From positions 365,614,001 through 365,678,000 of the forward strand of contig OZ024743.1 of assembly GCA_964016885.1 (NCBI GenBank): a stretch of 64,000 nucleotides of DNA, given 5' to 3'. The notes under the pieces were generated by a model. That model saw only the letters and a program-made list of their open reading frames with translations. It was not told where the DNA came from and ran no database searches. Each line of letters begins with the position of its first letter. Positions within the stretch are counted from its first letter, which is position 1. The position numbers were made by a program, and so were the translations under genes. The stretch comes from Eledone cirrhosa (taxonomy: Eukaryota). Positions 1 through 14,233 of this stretch are shown here, in pieces.

Positions 1-705
1 CAATTCTATGTTGTTTCTTTTCTCTTCATTATACTTAATTTCCCTTCCTTTTAGGCTCCAGGCATTTCTAGTAGCACTAAAAATTACTTCATACTAAAAC
101 CACCATTTTCTCCAATAGAGAATTTTGAGATCATTCATTATCGTTCACTTTATCCTCTTATTAACAATGTCCCACGTTTTAACCTGCAAACCTGTCCATT
201 ATAAACTCGGACAAGATTGCCACTCCAATTTCTTAGTGAATGTTTCTGCAATGATATCGGTTCCAAAATCAGACTGGCTCGAAGCTATTGCCAACCACTT
301 AGTGTATACACTTCACCCTGGTGCTATTATACTGATAAACCAACATCGTTGAAAAATAAATGGTCGGACAAACCTCCGGTTTCACTTAAGTCTGAAAGCT
401 TTCCAATTTGGTTTCGATAAAGGAGTTTTGGTCGTTGGTCTGACAAGAAAATTGGCAATCCCAAATCAATTTTGGAAATATTTTATTTTCAATTTTTTTT
501 TTCACCTATCGAATAAACAAGAAAGTAACCCGCATGTATGTGTTTGTGTGCGCGTATGTTAGTCTGTGTCTTTGTGTGCCAGTGTTCGTGCGTGTTTATA
601 TATATATATATATATTGCTGTTGAAAGGAGCTCATCTGTCGGAGTCCCGTATTTTTCATATACATATATATATGTATAAACATACATATATACATACATA
701 CATAG

Positions 706-838
<133 letters not shown>

Positions 839-844
839 GAGAGA

Positions 845-2430
845 GAGATTTTGAGTATATGTTGGTTGTATACCAACACCTCAGTATGCAGGCTGGAGCA
901 CTCGACGAAGTGCGCACAACCAGAAGATGGCAATACAAGCACTCAGCAGAACCATGTGAAAGGAGGGAAGGGGGGACCCAGAGCCCACCCAAGAAACCCA
1001 AACAGACCCGGGGACTCCCCACCGTGCCTGGGGGAAGACCAACATATAACACATAACGGGAACCCTAATCTAGGCACGCATAGGTCGACCACCCTCTGCA
1101 ACTGCAGAAACCCCGAATCATGCCCCCCCCCGGTAATGAATGCCTCAAGAAGAACCTAGTATACGGTTGTAGGGTTTTAACTCCGAACACCTCTATATAG
1201 GAGCCACATCAACGAGTTTTAAAGACCGCTGGTACAACCATCGCCATTCATTCAATAAGGAGGCCAAAAGGAAAAGCACGGCTCTCTCCGACCTGATCTG
1301 GAAGCTTAAGCTGGACAGGACCCCGTACTTTCTGGCCTGGTACATAATCAGGAAAGTACCACCCGATAAAGGGGGATCTTGCATATGCAAACTATGCCTG
1401 AACGAGACCCTCGAGATACTAAGAGGTGGAAGCGGCCTGATAAACCTCAGAACCGACTTCTTCGGGACATGCAGACACCTTAGATATATGGACATTAGCA
1501 GCACAAGAAGATGTGAACTCCCCTCAAGCTATAGGGACTTCTACAGAACATGTAAACACCTCTCGGCCAGACCTCCCTCAAGCTATATGGGCAGTAACAA
1601 CGCCCTAGGTTGTGAACTCCCCTTTAGCCATAGGGAACAACCCAGACTGAGCAGACACCATGATAGCCTAGAGATTGAATCGGACACAGCCATTATAATT
1701 TGGCCAACATCTATATAACACAAACACCTTTTAATTCACTTGATTTCTGATTTTCAAGTTCCAATTTTAAATCTTGATTTCTCTTTATTAATTTGTTATT
1801 TGTTTTCTGCCCTCTTCACTGTATCACCTTATATTTTTAAGTTGAAATTGATTATAACACAAACACATTTTGTTTGATTATCTTATTTTAACATCTTGTC
1901 CCTCATACCAATCTATCCAACATATTTCTGACCTTGAGATTGGTTATAGCACACACACTTTATCCTACTTTATTTGAATCTTCATTTTATTTTTCACTTC
2001 TCCATATTCATTTTCATTACTTTTTCACCATTTTTCATTTATTCTTTATTCTCTATTTATTATTTATTTTCTGTTTTCTTCATTTATTGCCTTATATTTC
2101 TTCATATACATAGAAGAAGCTAACTCCAACAATAACAACACTTCGAATGAGGAATGTTCTAACAACTGACCAATGAGAGGAGAAGAAGCCCTTTGACACT
2201 GAAATTCGTTTGTTTGAATTCATATGATTCCAGTTCCTCAGAGAAATAACAACCTAACCAGGAACTGGACATATCAGAGTATTGACAAAATTATACACCT
2301 CAACAACATATGTACTTGTCTATACGGACTGCCTGAAGAGGTCACAGCCAAAGATGGCTGTCACTGAAATATATATAGCAGTAATAAACGAAACTAAATT
2401 TTAAACATTTGACTCTTTATTTAACTTTAT
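845..2430 (+). mobile_element. 5'-truncated Penelope-like retroelement: frameshifted GIY-YIG endonuclease remnant (~1097-1500), 3' region and hammerhead-bearing pLTR
   Basis: Manual translation across two frameshifts gives [45 protein letters not shown]...STALSDLIWKLK...CKLCLNE...NLRTDFFGTCRH, the C-terminal GIY-YIG layout of PLEs. A hammerhead motif and AATAAA follow on the same strand; flanked by (TA)n. Ends approximate. Confidence 0.85.
2328..2382 (+). ncRNA. Type I hammerhead ribozyme (PLE pLTR)
   Basis: ACTGC-CTGAAGA-GGTCACAGCCA/AAGA/TGGCTGTCACT-GAAA-TATATA-TA-GCAGT: 5-bp stem I, intact core boxes, 10/11-bp stem II, palindromic minimal stem III. Confidence 0.85.
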
Positions 2431-2450
2431 TTTATATTATATATATATAT

Positions 2451-2605
2451 ATTGTTATACTTGGGGAGGGTCATATTGTTTTAATATTGCCAGAAATAAT
2501 AACAGAACACACTCACTGTTTGTTTGGTTTTCGCTTCTGTATCTTTTATATCTCCATAGTTAATTTATTTGGCAATCAATGTTTATCAAAAACCTTGCAA
2601 AACAA
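2451..2605 (-). mobile_element. PLE pLTR-end fragment, related to 54708-55200
   Basis: Starts TTGTTATACTTGGGGAGGGTCAT like the pLTR ends at 38346, 54490 and 54709; the next ~100 bp match 54709-54815; embedded in (TA)n. Confidence 0.6.
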
Positions 2606-3781
2606 ATATATATATATATACATATATATGTATATATATTTATAGTAGAGCTGACTCTAGCTTCTAATAAAGGACTACCTGTAGCACTTTGATTAACCTA
2701 TATTTTTGTCAGAGGATGTGATTAATTACTTTACATATTAATCAATATTTTAATACATGCATATATATATTGAGGTATTTAGATAACTATTGTAGGGACG
2801 TGAGCTCGACCAGGCGGTGTATAGTGTTCTGTCAGCTGGAGAACAAATAAGTTGCGAGGTACAACTGGTGCCAAGCTTTATTGGACCTTGTCTTCCCTTG
2901 GAAAACATGGGTGTGGTTAAGAGGGACGACTGGTGTGGATGGCTTGTGTTTCACGAAAGCACCTTGTTCACGCCTTCCCCCTGTGGAGTAATTTTCCAGA
3001 TCAAACCCATAGTGGTTCACTATAAAAATTACATGAATGTGTATATATATATATGGAGAATAGAAATGGCTGTGTAGTTGCTATTTAAGGTAACTTAAAA
3101 TGCAGTGGGAATACGAAGAAAGCAAGAACAGGGGGGGGGGGATCCTCATCAGTTGTCTACTGGGAGTCTCGGATATTTCTACGCTTTAAAGACAAACTAT
3201 CTCACCCTAGGGCGTCAATAACTGGATAAGTTATATATATATAACATATTAAATGTATGTGATGTATAAGCTATATATTTTATCCACTCAGTGAGATGTT
3301 TAAGTATTAGAGACTAATTAACCTTAATTTGTCAAGTATCAGACGGTTGTTTGGCTACTATTTCTAGTAGAATTATAAGCCTGTTGCATAGTCCTATATA
3401 TGATGAGAGCTATTTGATCCTTTAATAGTTCAACTACACGACGTGCGTTTTTGTCCAGAATGCTGCCTCGGCAAAGAAATAGTATGTATAATTTCTTGGT
3501 CAATATCCTCTTAATTTTTTTAAGAATTAAACTCCCTTGAAGAATATTGCGGATTCTTCAATTATTGATAATTTCAATAATAAAATATTTCACAAACGAA
3601 ATCATGGTAGGGAGATTTTTATATAAGCGAGACTAGCTAAAATATTTGTTTCTCTGTCTGGCTTGTACTCCCATAAACAGAGTTTTTCTTACTTAAATTA
3701 ATATGTAATATTGCTTGTCTGAACGATATCTTACCAACATATTTTATCCATTCATTGGGATGTTTAAGTATTAGAGACTAA

Positions 3782-3837
<56 letters not shown>

Positions 3838-3847
3838 ATATAGAAAT

Positions 3848-3900
3848 GGCTTCTACAGGACTAGAAATGTTTCATTCGGAAGAAATCATCAGGAAAGCCC
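3848..3900 (-). ncRNA. Type I hammerhead ribozyme motif
   Basis: Minus strand GGGCTTTC-CTGATGA-TTTCTTCCGAAT-GAAA-CATTTCTAGTCCTG-TA-GAAGCC; core boxes intact, stems imperfect. Confidence 0.65.
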
Positions 3901-4008
3901 AATATATATATATATAGGAACTCGTTCCTATTACCCACTCTACTACCCTAAGTATTGAGTACTTTGGTGCGTTATGGTCCACCTGGTTCCTTACCACATT
4001 TCCTTCGT

Positions 4009-4141
<133 letters not shown>

Positions 4142-4978
4142 GTGTGTGCGTGTGTGCGCGTGTCTGTGTGTTCCTGTAATGTATTTTCGATGTATAAATA
4201 ATTCGTCCTACCGTCAACCTTGATGTGCTTTACTTTCTTGCAACCCCGTAACTTCCTACACCTCAGACTACGTTACTAATTATCCCAGTGTATTACTGGT
4301 ACTTTATTTTATCGACCCTGTAAGGATGAAAGGCAAAGTTATAATGTAAATAAATTAGTAGAACGAAAATGACAGAGGTTATCGAAATCAACAATGATTA
4401 AATATATACATACATACACGCATCCATATACGTACATCCACATGCAAACGAGAAACACCCGCCATGCATGCATATACAAGCACGTACACATAAACACGCG
4501 CACACATACATAAACCCGCGCGACACCTGTACCCGCACACATACGAACGTATACACCAAATACACATAAAAAATATATATATATATGTGTGTGTGTGCGT
4601 GTGTTTTAATTATATAAACGTATATAATTATATAAACGTATATAAATATACACACATAAATACGCATATAACGCACGCACACACATACCTACAGGTAAAT
4701 ACACATATGTTCACTAAACGTCCGTCAATCAAAACACAAAGTACACACACCAAACACAAAAAACGCATATACACATAACCATATACCCATGTACCAGTAT
4801 ATATAATATGATATATACACCTATAACAAATACAAGTAAATATACGTACGAGAAAGTATACGTACCTTCACAAAACATACGGGTAAGGTATACTTACCTA
4901 TACAAATAAGTAGTGGTATAAACATAAAATATACTTAGCTACCACATGAAGACGTAAATTATCCGCGTATTGTTCGTA

Positions 4979-6050
4979 CTATCCGTTAGGGTATAATGTG
5001 GGGCTGTAATACAGGAAAGTGTTATGCAATTTATGTTTACAAGCCGAAAATGCCTCCGATTTTTTGTTCAAGATGTGGTCATTGGCGTAGAGTATTTCCA
5101 GGGCTTCAGCGGCGCAAAGACCGCATGGTCGTTTATTTCCGTTATACGATCTAGCCTTAACTAGGATCTCCCAGTGTAACCTATATTGGGTGGGGTTGTC
5201 TTATAGACTCCAGATATAAGTTGAAAGTGACGTCATATCCCTTCTTAAAGGGTTAAGAAAATAATGGGTGTGCATGTAAAGACGCTGCTTGAATCTATTG
5301 GCGGTTAACCCTATGTAGACCCTACGGGACGTGGGTGTTTCGACCTTACATTTGTAGACAATGTTACTGGAGAGGCATTTCCCGGATAGAGGGCAGTCAA
5401 TCCGATTCCTACAATTACAGTTAGTACTAGCTACCGGGTTGCACGTGTTCCTACGACTAGGTAATTTAGCTAAATTTGAAGCAGTGGTGTTATGTGCAAG
5501 GTTAGGAGTCGTAGAGTAAGATATGTTAATGGTATTTCTATATTAAAATGTTATATTTATGTGCTGAGGGGAAATGCTTCTTAATAAGGGAGAGAAAGAT
5601 CTTAGCTAATGGTGTGTCCACCTCCATATTATATGGTGGGTTATACCATATAATGCATCGGGATCTATTTTTCCTTGGTCTATGCTCACCCTTAGTATAT
5701 GCTACCTTATCGACAAATCGACTCCGAGCAAGAGCTTCATTGTAATATGTGGAATGGTCGGTGAAAATATGCTCGTTAGTAGATAGACGGGAAAGCCTCA
5801 AGAAAACGTTTCGCACCAGGTTGTGCTGGCAGGATGGTTAGAATGCTTACTTATGTAATTAAGCGTATCATTCGGCTTTCTATACGGGTAGTGCAAACCA
5901 TTCGACAAATTGGGGGTAACGTCGAGGTAATTAATGACCGAGAGGTTGGCCTCAACCTGTATGCAGAGGTTGAAGCCTTTAAAGAAGGCTGTGAGTTCTT
6001 TTCTGAACCTGTCGCAAACGCGTGGGCCGCACTTTGTAATTTGATTTTCG
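4979..6050 (-). pseudogene. Penelope-like element RT C-terminus + GIY-YIG remnant
   Basis: Minus strand reads DRFRKELTAFFKGFNL...NYLDVT...PYRKPNDTLNYISKHSNHP / IIWYNPPYN...KKHFP / CNCRNRIDCPLSGKCL..NIVYKCKV...YIGLTANRFKQR...LSTYIWSL*...CGLCAAE...LNKKSEAFSACKHK, with frameshifts and one internal stop. Confidence 0.9.
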
Positions 6051-7419
6051 GCGGTTTCGAATGTTCTACTTTCTCAGTTAAGAGAACGGTTGCTCATTAA
6101 CTTAACGTTGATTAAAGCAAAATGTTCCACAGACACATATAACCGTATCGATATAATCTCATGGAGTTTCGGTGAGGCAGAATGTGTGAGAAGACTGGTC
6201 CTTTGAATTATAAGTACTGACCATCAATTGACTTCAAAACAGTTTACGTCAGAAAACTCTGGCGAATTAGAGATTAAAACGCTTGCTCAAGATGTCATGC
6301 AAAGGCACCGAACAGAGAAATTCATGATTGAAGTTGGTGTGGCGGATGGGAATTGGCGGATGGGAATTGACACACAATCGAATGACTAATGGAAAAGAGA
6401 TAAGTGGAAGAGGTACGTGACAAGTCACTTTGTAGAAGCAATTGTATTAGTGGCAGAAACAGCACAAATAGAAGGCAGTATATCCGCGGACTAGGACTCG
6501 GAGGGTATTTGTGAAGAACATGCCAAATCAGTCGGCTTTTTCCTGAAGGTAGGCAAGGATGTGTGTGCTTGCGTGTGTGCAGCAGTAGCACCATTGCAAA
6601 CGTGGGTGTAATACCCTCTGTGCACCTCACCTGAACTGTAGACAGTTGTTAAGGACTAAAGTTCTTTTTAGTTCTCAAGTCAGCCCTGATCCACAAGAAG
6701 TATGCTCAAAAGCATGCAAGCCATATCAATACCGTTCTTTTTTTCTTAAATAGTATGCCCTGCACTATATTATCTCCCAATATAACCCTTTTTAAGATGT
6801 TGGTCTGAGAGATATTTAAATTGAATAATTTTTATCATAGATCTGCTCGATTAAGGCCGACATGGGGCCAATCAGCAATGATAAATAAAAGACAATCAAT
6901 ATTATTTTAAAATGTCATTATGTCCTAGGATATGTCACACTAACCCAGGATGTACTGACTAATTATTCAAGAAATATACGGTTTCTAATTGTTACTTATT
7001 GAATTATTAATGAGGAATTAAAATTTTTCATCTCGTAAAAGAATTTGATAAAATGTTAATTAAAGTTGGTTGTATTTTTTAAATATTTATAAATTCCTCT
7101 AGAATTTTCGAACGTGAGATTGGGCAAAATTATTTTTGTTCGAACAAATCTATGTGGTTTGGTTGTAAGTGTGGTCATGTAGTTAAGTCGTTTGATATAA
7201 AATTAGGAGATTTCGATTCCGAATCCACAGTATGCCACCTTGCACATACGCCAATCACATCCGTACCCATTACCACATCAAGTCCATCCACCACGTGGTC
7301 GATCACAATCGCCTGCAGCCATATATCATTCCTCGTACCGCCATCTCAACCTCACTGCTACCCTGCATATAATCCCCCTGCCGTCGACTGCTTTTCTCCC
7401 CCCACCGTTGTCGACTGCT

Positions 7420-7990
7420 ATGTGCTTCCGTCGCTTCTTATGCAGCAACATTCCGTTTGTTGACGCCTAGTGTCACTACACCGGCCTGTGGGATTAGCTC
7501 GCTCATGACCATTTTGTTGTTGCCCGGCAACTGTTGAAGTCTCACCCAAATTTCGTCGGTGAAACCATTCACGAATGCCATCCGCACGACCCTTCCGATA
7601 TTTTCGTCTGTGTGTTCGGCTAGCGTAGCCAACCTCCGGCGTTCTTCCACAAATACGTCCACCTGCTCTCCCGTTCATCTCACTTTGCTTAGTTTGACGA
7701 AAGCAGCATAAGGTCCCACAGGGAATGCTTCCTTAAAGTGCTGCTGTATCTTCTCCACAGTCAGTTGGTCTAACTTGGTTCAATTCGATGTATAATGCTA
7801 ATTTGTCGCCGTCAAGATACTGTGCCATGAGGCCACCCATATTTTCGATGCCTTGCAGTGTGGCGAGAAATTTCATCTTTCTAATCCAACCGATAACATC
7901 CACCTCGCCGCTGAAGGGTTTAACTGCATCGCTACCTATTCTTATTTTCATCGCAATATCGTTTGTGAGATTGGAGAAAGTAAATACCGT
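7420..7990 (-). pseudogene. Gypsy-type LTR retrotransposon gag remnant
   Basis: Fragments PFSGEVDVIGWIRKMKFLATLQ...YLDGDKLALY / EAFPVGPYAAFVKL / GEQVDVFVEERRRLATLA...MAFVNGF resemble retrotransposon gag capsid motifs (F-G-x-W, GE-V-x-F...F-x-G); broken by stops and frameshifts; no pol seen. Confidence 0.65.
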
Positions 7991-8091
7991 ATTTCCAGGC
8001 GTCTAAGACCTTTGCGTTATCATTCGAGTCCGGTCTGAATCTCCCTACGCGGATGTTCACCTGTTTTACGCCCGGCCAAAGAATATAGCGC

Positions 8092-8160
<69 letters not shown>

Positions 8161-8790
8161 ACATATATATATACACACGGAGAGAGATTAGTTTAACTCC
8201 GCATCAGTTTATATAGGCGTGTTCTATGCATGTATTCGAAGAAACGATAAACAAACCGAGAACGTGTAAGGCATCAGATAAAGAAGGAAATATGAGGAGT
8301 ACGAATTTGTCTTTTACATTATCACCAATAATCGTTGTGTTGTGTGAATATAACAGAAGAAACAGCGTCAGCAATTGGCATTGATGTCTGGAATATGTAT
8401 AATAATTCGTTGAAACAAATATTATAGTAATCTACATCCGGAAAACATTATTGTAGGCAAACCATACCAACACTCGATATTCAGTTCCCGAAAACTGGTC
8501 CTTCTGAAAACTATTACACACATCTGCACACGTACAAATACACAAACACATGCACACATGCACACATACACACCCACATACAAACGCATATATACATATA
8601 TTTATGTATATACAAATCTGTATATGTAAACACACACATCTGTTAATCTTGCTTATATTTTAACATGCTATGGATATGGGTGGGTTATTGTATTGAGAGA
8701 TTCGTCGGAAGAATTCTTCCAATTCATCAATTTGCATTTTGGAGAGGAATAAAGTACAGAAAGGTGATATATATAAAGTAGACGGAGGTG

Positions 8791-8828
<38 letters not shown>

Positions 8829-9034
8829 CGCACACGATAAACACCAAAGGCCACGTGTTGACCCTCTCCGACTAAAAACTTTTCCCCTCGGAAAACCCCC
8901 AGTTGATGGATGCGAAATCCCAAATATAGGGACAATTAAATCACTTCCAAGGTAACTCTATCTCGTGTTATTATTTTTACACTCTTTCTTACGTTCTTCT
9001 ACACCCTCTACGGCTCATTCTACATTTCCTCTTA

Positions 9035-9074
<40 letters not shown>

Positions 9075-9214
9075 CTGATTCTGTTACCCGGAATTTACCC
9101 ATCTGCATTGTTGATGCTTCCAAAATGATCAATTATATATATATATCAAGCGTTAACCTAATATATCCCTTCCATATACTGTACCGATTGTGTTGTTATT
9201 TCTGTTTACCTTTT

Positions 9215-9266
<52 letters not shown>

Positions 9267-9828
9267 TATAAAGAAGAGAGACAGTTTAAAATGTACATCT
9301 GTTTATTTTATAATCCTGTTCAGCACAGCGAATGTACATTTAAAACCGTCTCGCTTTATAATATTGACACTCCAGTTGATACCTTATTGATAATACTTTA
9401 AGGAATGCAAGTCGTAGAGTGCTTTACGTCTGTTTACGACCAAAGACGGTAGATTATCTGATCAACCAACGTTCCTCGATTGAATAATATATATACATAT
9501 ATATATATATATTAATATATATATATATATAAATATAAGTTAACAAGGTATCGTATAAGGTAATCCAAGTAGAGGTTATGAGTACTCTGTACAGTGGATG
9601 ATTCTAACGTGCGGCGTTGTTTGACAAGATGTATACAGTATAAATGCGCTGTATCGTCAGTCCCGAACCAGTATTTTGATAATTTGGTTGGTGATAACAG
9701 TACTTAAAATCGAATGTCAAAGCAGCACCGCAGATAGCGATTTTTAGACACACCGACCAATGAAACATTTGTTAATACCCGGAATAAACCCTATTGTATA
9801 GGTAATCTGTGTTATTCTTCACTCCTTC

Positions 9829-9868
<40 letters not shown>

Positions 9869-10043
9869 GGTTAGTTGGTTCACCACTGGATAGAACTGGT
9901 CATTCCGTATGGTCAATTATGGAGAGTACTCAACGTAATGCAACTCACCCGTCTTCGCCTGTGTAGTTGGTGGTGCGAATACGGAGTTAATTATTATAAA
10001 ATAACAGGAGGCTGGACTGGTGTAAATCCTTGAAAAGTTTATT

Positions 10044-10100
10044 ATACTATGATCATCTCAATGACCGGGTTAAGTATGAATCCGGTGATATCATCAGGTT
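10044..10100 (-). ncRNA. Degenerate hammerhead motif in a probable PLE pLTR
   Basis: Minus strand AAC-CTGATGA-TATCACCGG...CCGGTCATT-GAGA-TGATCA-TA-GT followed by AATAAA; the GAAA box reads GAGA, stem III palindrome TGATCA. Confidence 0.5.
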
Positions 10101-10951
10101 TTCGAAATATAACAAAGGGAAATAACAGATAAATCCATGGGGCTGAAAATCAGAGACAAAAGGACGACCGACTATTTAGCAGCTTCTGCCTCAGTCGGCC
10201 GCCCTCGAGTGTTGATTATTAAGTCTACTTATGACCATCTGGTGAGGGGGCGTAAGCTTATAATGTACTACTACCTCACCGTCAAAGAGAAAAGGTCATG
10301 CCACAATCAGGCTGACCGTGCGTGCTAGAAAATTGCCGCGAAAAATATTTTTTTCCAAAGCACATATATCTTTAACAGAGGCATATATAGTGGGCGTCTG
10401 TATGGTATAATGTGAGCACAGAAAATTCGGTTAGCAATTAGGAATGTTAAACTTATGTTTAGAGTTATAGGATGAAATTAGAAAAATAAGAGAAATAAGG
10501 TTTAAGGTTTGGGTTGTGAGATTTAGTTTATATATATATATATATACACACAGATAAATCCACCAATTAATGGTAGGGTCCAAGCCGTATGAAGAACTCC
10601 GTATGTAGAATATGTCGTGAAGCAAAGTTTAAAATACAAAATTTCAACGATATAATTCATTGGAAGCAGAGTCAAAATAATACATATAGTGAAAACAATG
10701 AAATTAAACAAAATACGAGTAATTCATAGTAAAACTCATTATTTCCTTTACACTCGCAACTTTCTTTTCTTTTCTTAAAGGTCATTCGATACCTCATCCC
10801 CTGACTGCTAATTTATTCATCTACTACTACCAGCTTAATGATCTATATTGCTCCTTCCTATTTTTACTATTGGTCAATCTCAACCTTGTTCTTGAAAGGT
10901 TACTTATTCATACATGTTTATATTCTTCAATAAACAAAACTCATTATTTCT

Positions 10952-11122
10952 GGTGGATTGGCAGTATCGGTAGAGAGTCGGACGCCATGCTTTCCTTTAC
11001 GATCTGAGTTCAAATCCCGATGAGGTTGACTTTGCCTTTCATCCTTACGGGGTCGATAAAATAAAGTACCAGTAATGCACTGGGTAATTGCTGGCCTTGT
11101 GCCTAAAGTAGAAACAATTATT
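10952..11122 (+). mobile_element. tRNA-derived SINE with Nin/Deu-like core (family A)
   Basis: A-box-like TGGCAGTATCGGTAG, B-box GAGTTCAAATCC, core GCCTTTCATCCTTACGGGGTCGATAAAATAAAGTACCAG; many near-identical copies in the window. Confidence 0.9.
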
Positions 11123-11325
11123 TCTGAAGACGGTGGGTAGGGAAGACGTATGTATATTTTCTTACTTTGATAATTTGTAATATATTTTATATAGATCACT
11201 AATAGAATGAACATACGGAGAACTACACCCCCCCCCCACCAAAAAAAAAACGATCGTAAAATAATGAATTTTACTATGAATTACCCGTATTTTGTTTAAT
11301 TTAATTTCAGTGTTTTCACTATTTG

Positions 11326-11429
<104 letters not shown>

Positions 11430-11965
11430 ATATATATATTCAAATACAAATTCCGTATAATGATTATAACCTTAGAAAATCGAGTAAAATTCTTTCCGGG
11501 ACTTAGAATAAATGACTAGCTGCCACTACAGGAAATATGTGGTCTACAGCCACTCTGTATTGGATGCCGCAGACCACAGGGCTATTTTGTAGTATTCTGT
11601 CAGCTATTGTTCGTGGCGATCGATTGTTATTACAGTTGTTTTCTGCGTTTAGGATTCATCATTCATAAAGATTGTTTACTACCGGCTACGCTCGGGAAGA
11701 TAGTGGGCCCTAAACGCAAAGATAACGCTCCTCACGGTATTCGAGATAGGAAGATTTCGAATCTCAGTAGGCGCTTCTGGCCACGTTTTCCCTTTCTAGA
11801 GATTCTTTACCTGAACTTCGCAGTTAAGTTGTGCGTCCGAGATCCTCACATATTCAGATCTTAAAAACTACCAGCGCTTCGATAATTTATGTAATAATAA
11901 TAATAATAATAATAATATATATATATGAATAAAAATAACCAGGATTAAATTACATTATTTAATTG

Positions 11966-12030
11966 ATTTACGAACGTTTCGATCGATGCATCGTGAATAT
12001 TCATTTCCGCTGTATTGATCTCTTCAGAAA
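11966..12030 (-). ncRNA. Hammerhead ribozyme motif
   Basis: Minus strand TTT-CTGAAGA-GATCAATACAGCG...CGATGCATCGATC-GAAA-CGTTCG-TA-AA; core intact, stem I weak. Confidence 0.55.
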
Positions 12031-12466
12031 GTATTAAAAAACAAATATAACATAACTAAACGAAGCCACGCAAAATAGGAAACTTTGGAAGGAACTAAGT
12101 CATGTTAGGATGTAATTTGCTGCAGGCGAAGATAGCAAATGATGATGATGATGATGATGATGATATATGATGTATAGAGAGTGGAACACCATGGAGATGT
12201 TCTATAACACACCATTAAAGACATATTGATTCAATCTCTCTTTCTCTCTCTCTGTCTTGCTATCTCTCCATATATATATATACACACACACAAACACACA
12301 CACAAACACACACACACACACTCACACACACATATATATATATAAATGAGATCTACAGGACTAGAACTGTTTCATTCTTATGAAATCACCAATGTTCTAG
12401 ACAATCCTGATAATTTCATACGAATGAAAAGTTATAGTCACGTAAAACTCATTTGTATCTTATATA

Positions 12467-12647
12467 TAATTGTTTCTACATTTTGGCACACGGCCAGCAA
12501 TTACCCAGTACATTACTGGTACTTTATTTTATCGACCCCGTAAGGATGAAAGGCAAAGTCAACCTCGGCGGGATTTGAACTCAGATCGTAAGGGGACGTA
12601 TCTATGCTGGAAAGCATGGCGTCCGACCCTCTACCGATACTGCCAAT
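12467..12647 (-). mobile_element. SINE family A
   Basis: Reverse complement of the 10952/23558 element. Confidence 0.9.
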
Positions 12648-13318
12648 GCGAGACTGTGACAGCTTTATTTTCTCTGAACACATTATTGAAATAAGTTGGA
12701 TTACTTTGAATAAATCCTTAATGAATATTATGTAAGTTATCTACTAAATTTCTTAGCTCTTGATTAAACATAAATATTCTTATATATAATGTATTGTTTA
12801 TTTGAAGATTCACTTCTTTTAAAATTTTCAAATGTCAACACTTCCGGCTAGCGTCCGTTGTATCATGGCACTTCGCCATACACTATATTTTCATCGCTAT
12901 ATCACATCACTTATATACCATTATATATACGTTCATACTGGCCTTGTGCCAAAAGTAGAAACAATTATATATACGTTCATATATTTGCATCGTTATATCA
13001 TAACGCTTATATTTCTGCCGTTAATCTCATTTTCTCCCTTTTCCATTTTCATAACATTTCGCCATAATGCAGTATATATATAATATCGTCTTTTTTAATG
13101 TATCCAGAAGAGCGAGTAACACCGTCTCTCTTCAATTTCTGTGCATATTGTCAATTTACTGTTCATTTGACGTATCATGTCTACATGCAGATATATTTGC
13201 ACCCTACAGATGCTAGCAGAAAACGCCCGGAAGGTGGTTCTTTTTCTGACAGTATATATAATAAAGATGCCTACACTCTACCAATGTATTGGTAGAGTGT
13301 AGGCATCTCTCTCTCTCT

Positions 13319-13390
<72 letters not shown>

Positions 13391-13445
13391 CTCACCCTCT
13401 CCCTCTCTGTCTCTCTCTCTCTCTATATATATATATATAATATAT

Positions 13446-13540
<95 letters not shown>

Positions 13541-13739
13541 AACCTTTAAAAACATATCCAAGACCATGCGTAAGCAATAAACTTACACGAAAATGGTAAA
13601 TACCGATTCTTAAGATCTATACAAATCTGCTTCGATCGGACTGACAGTGATATAATCGATATTATTGTGTATTGATCAAACGTATACATACATAAAGCAG
13701 ATGCCAATATAATATTGTGCCTGTCCTAACACCAAAGTT

Positions 13740-14232
13740 TGGAAGGTTCCAGATACCGCGGTCATTTGTTGTACACTTTAAGGAATGACATTCTTGCTCC
13801 ACAAATCCAAGCTCAGTAATATTTGGTCCAGGCAGGTTAGTATATAACGTTTAGCTCCAATAATGACCGGTACGATACTGGATCTGCAACCTCCTCATCA
13901 ATGATCCGTAGATATCCTCACTCTCTTACATTTTGCTTACTACTTTGACATCAAGTGGACAGCTGACTTCTACAACAGAGCATGCATTTTATGTGTGGTC
14001 TCAAACACCTATATCAGACCAGTTGTGCTTTAGTTTTGTGGCAGTTTTTATTTTTAGATATCAGCAGTATTCCTTTGAGCCACCAGTCTCAACATTTTCG
14101 TCCCTATTTGATTTGATTTTCGAATTCCGTAATGAATTCCAGATTGTTGTGACTACATCATCATGTCTCGTGTGGAGTTCGTAACGAGAAGACATTCTTT
14201 CACAGCTGGTAATAATGTGGCTAACACCTTCA
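13740..14232 (-). pseudogene. Old R4/Dong-like element fragment (zinc knuckle + RLE)
   Basis: Minus strand VSHIITSCERMSSRY..RHDDVVTTIWN...KTATKLKHNWSDI...CSVVEVSCPLD with stops; homologous to 14763-15450. Confidence 0.75.
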
Positions 14233-14233
14233 A

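Noticed and set aside
3130-3200. CTGATGA on the minus strand as another hammerhead (similar partial hits near 9655 and 55320)
   Set aside because: No correctly placed GAAA box or closing stems could be identified.
10952-11030. SINE heads as tRNA genes
   Set aside because: A and B boxes are present but there is no complete cloverleaf, and they run into SINE core sequence.
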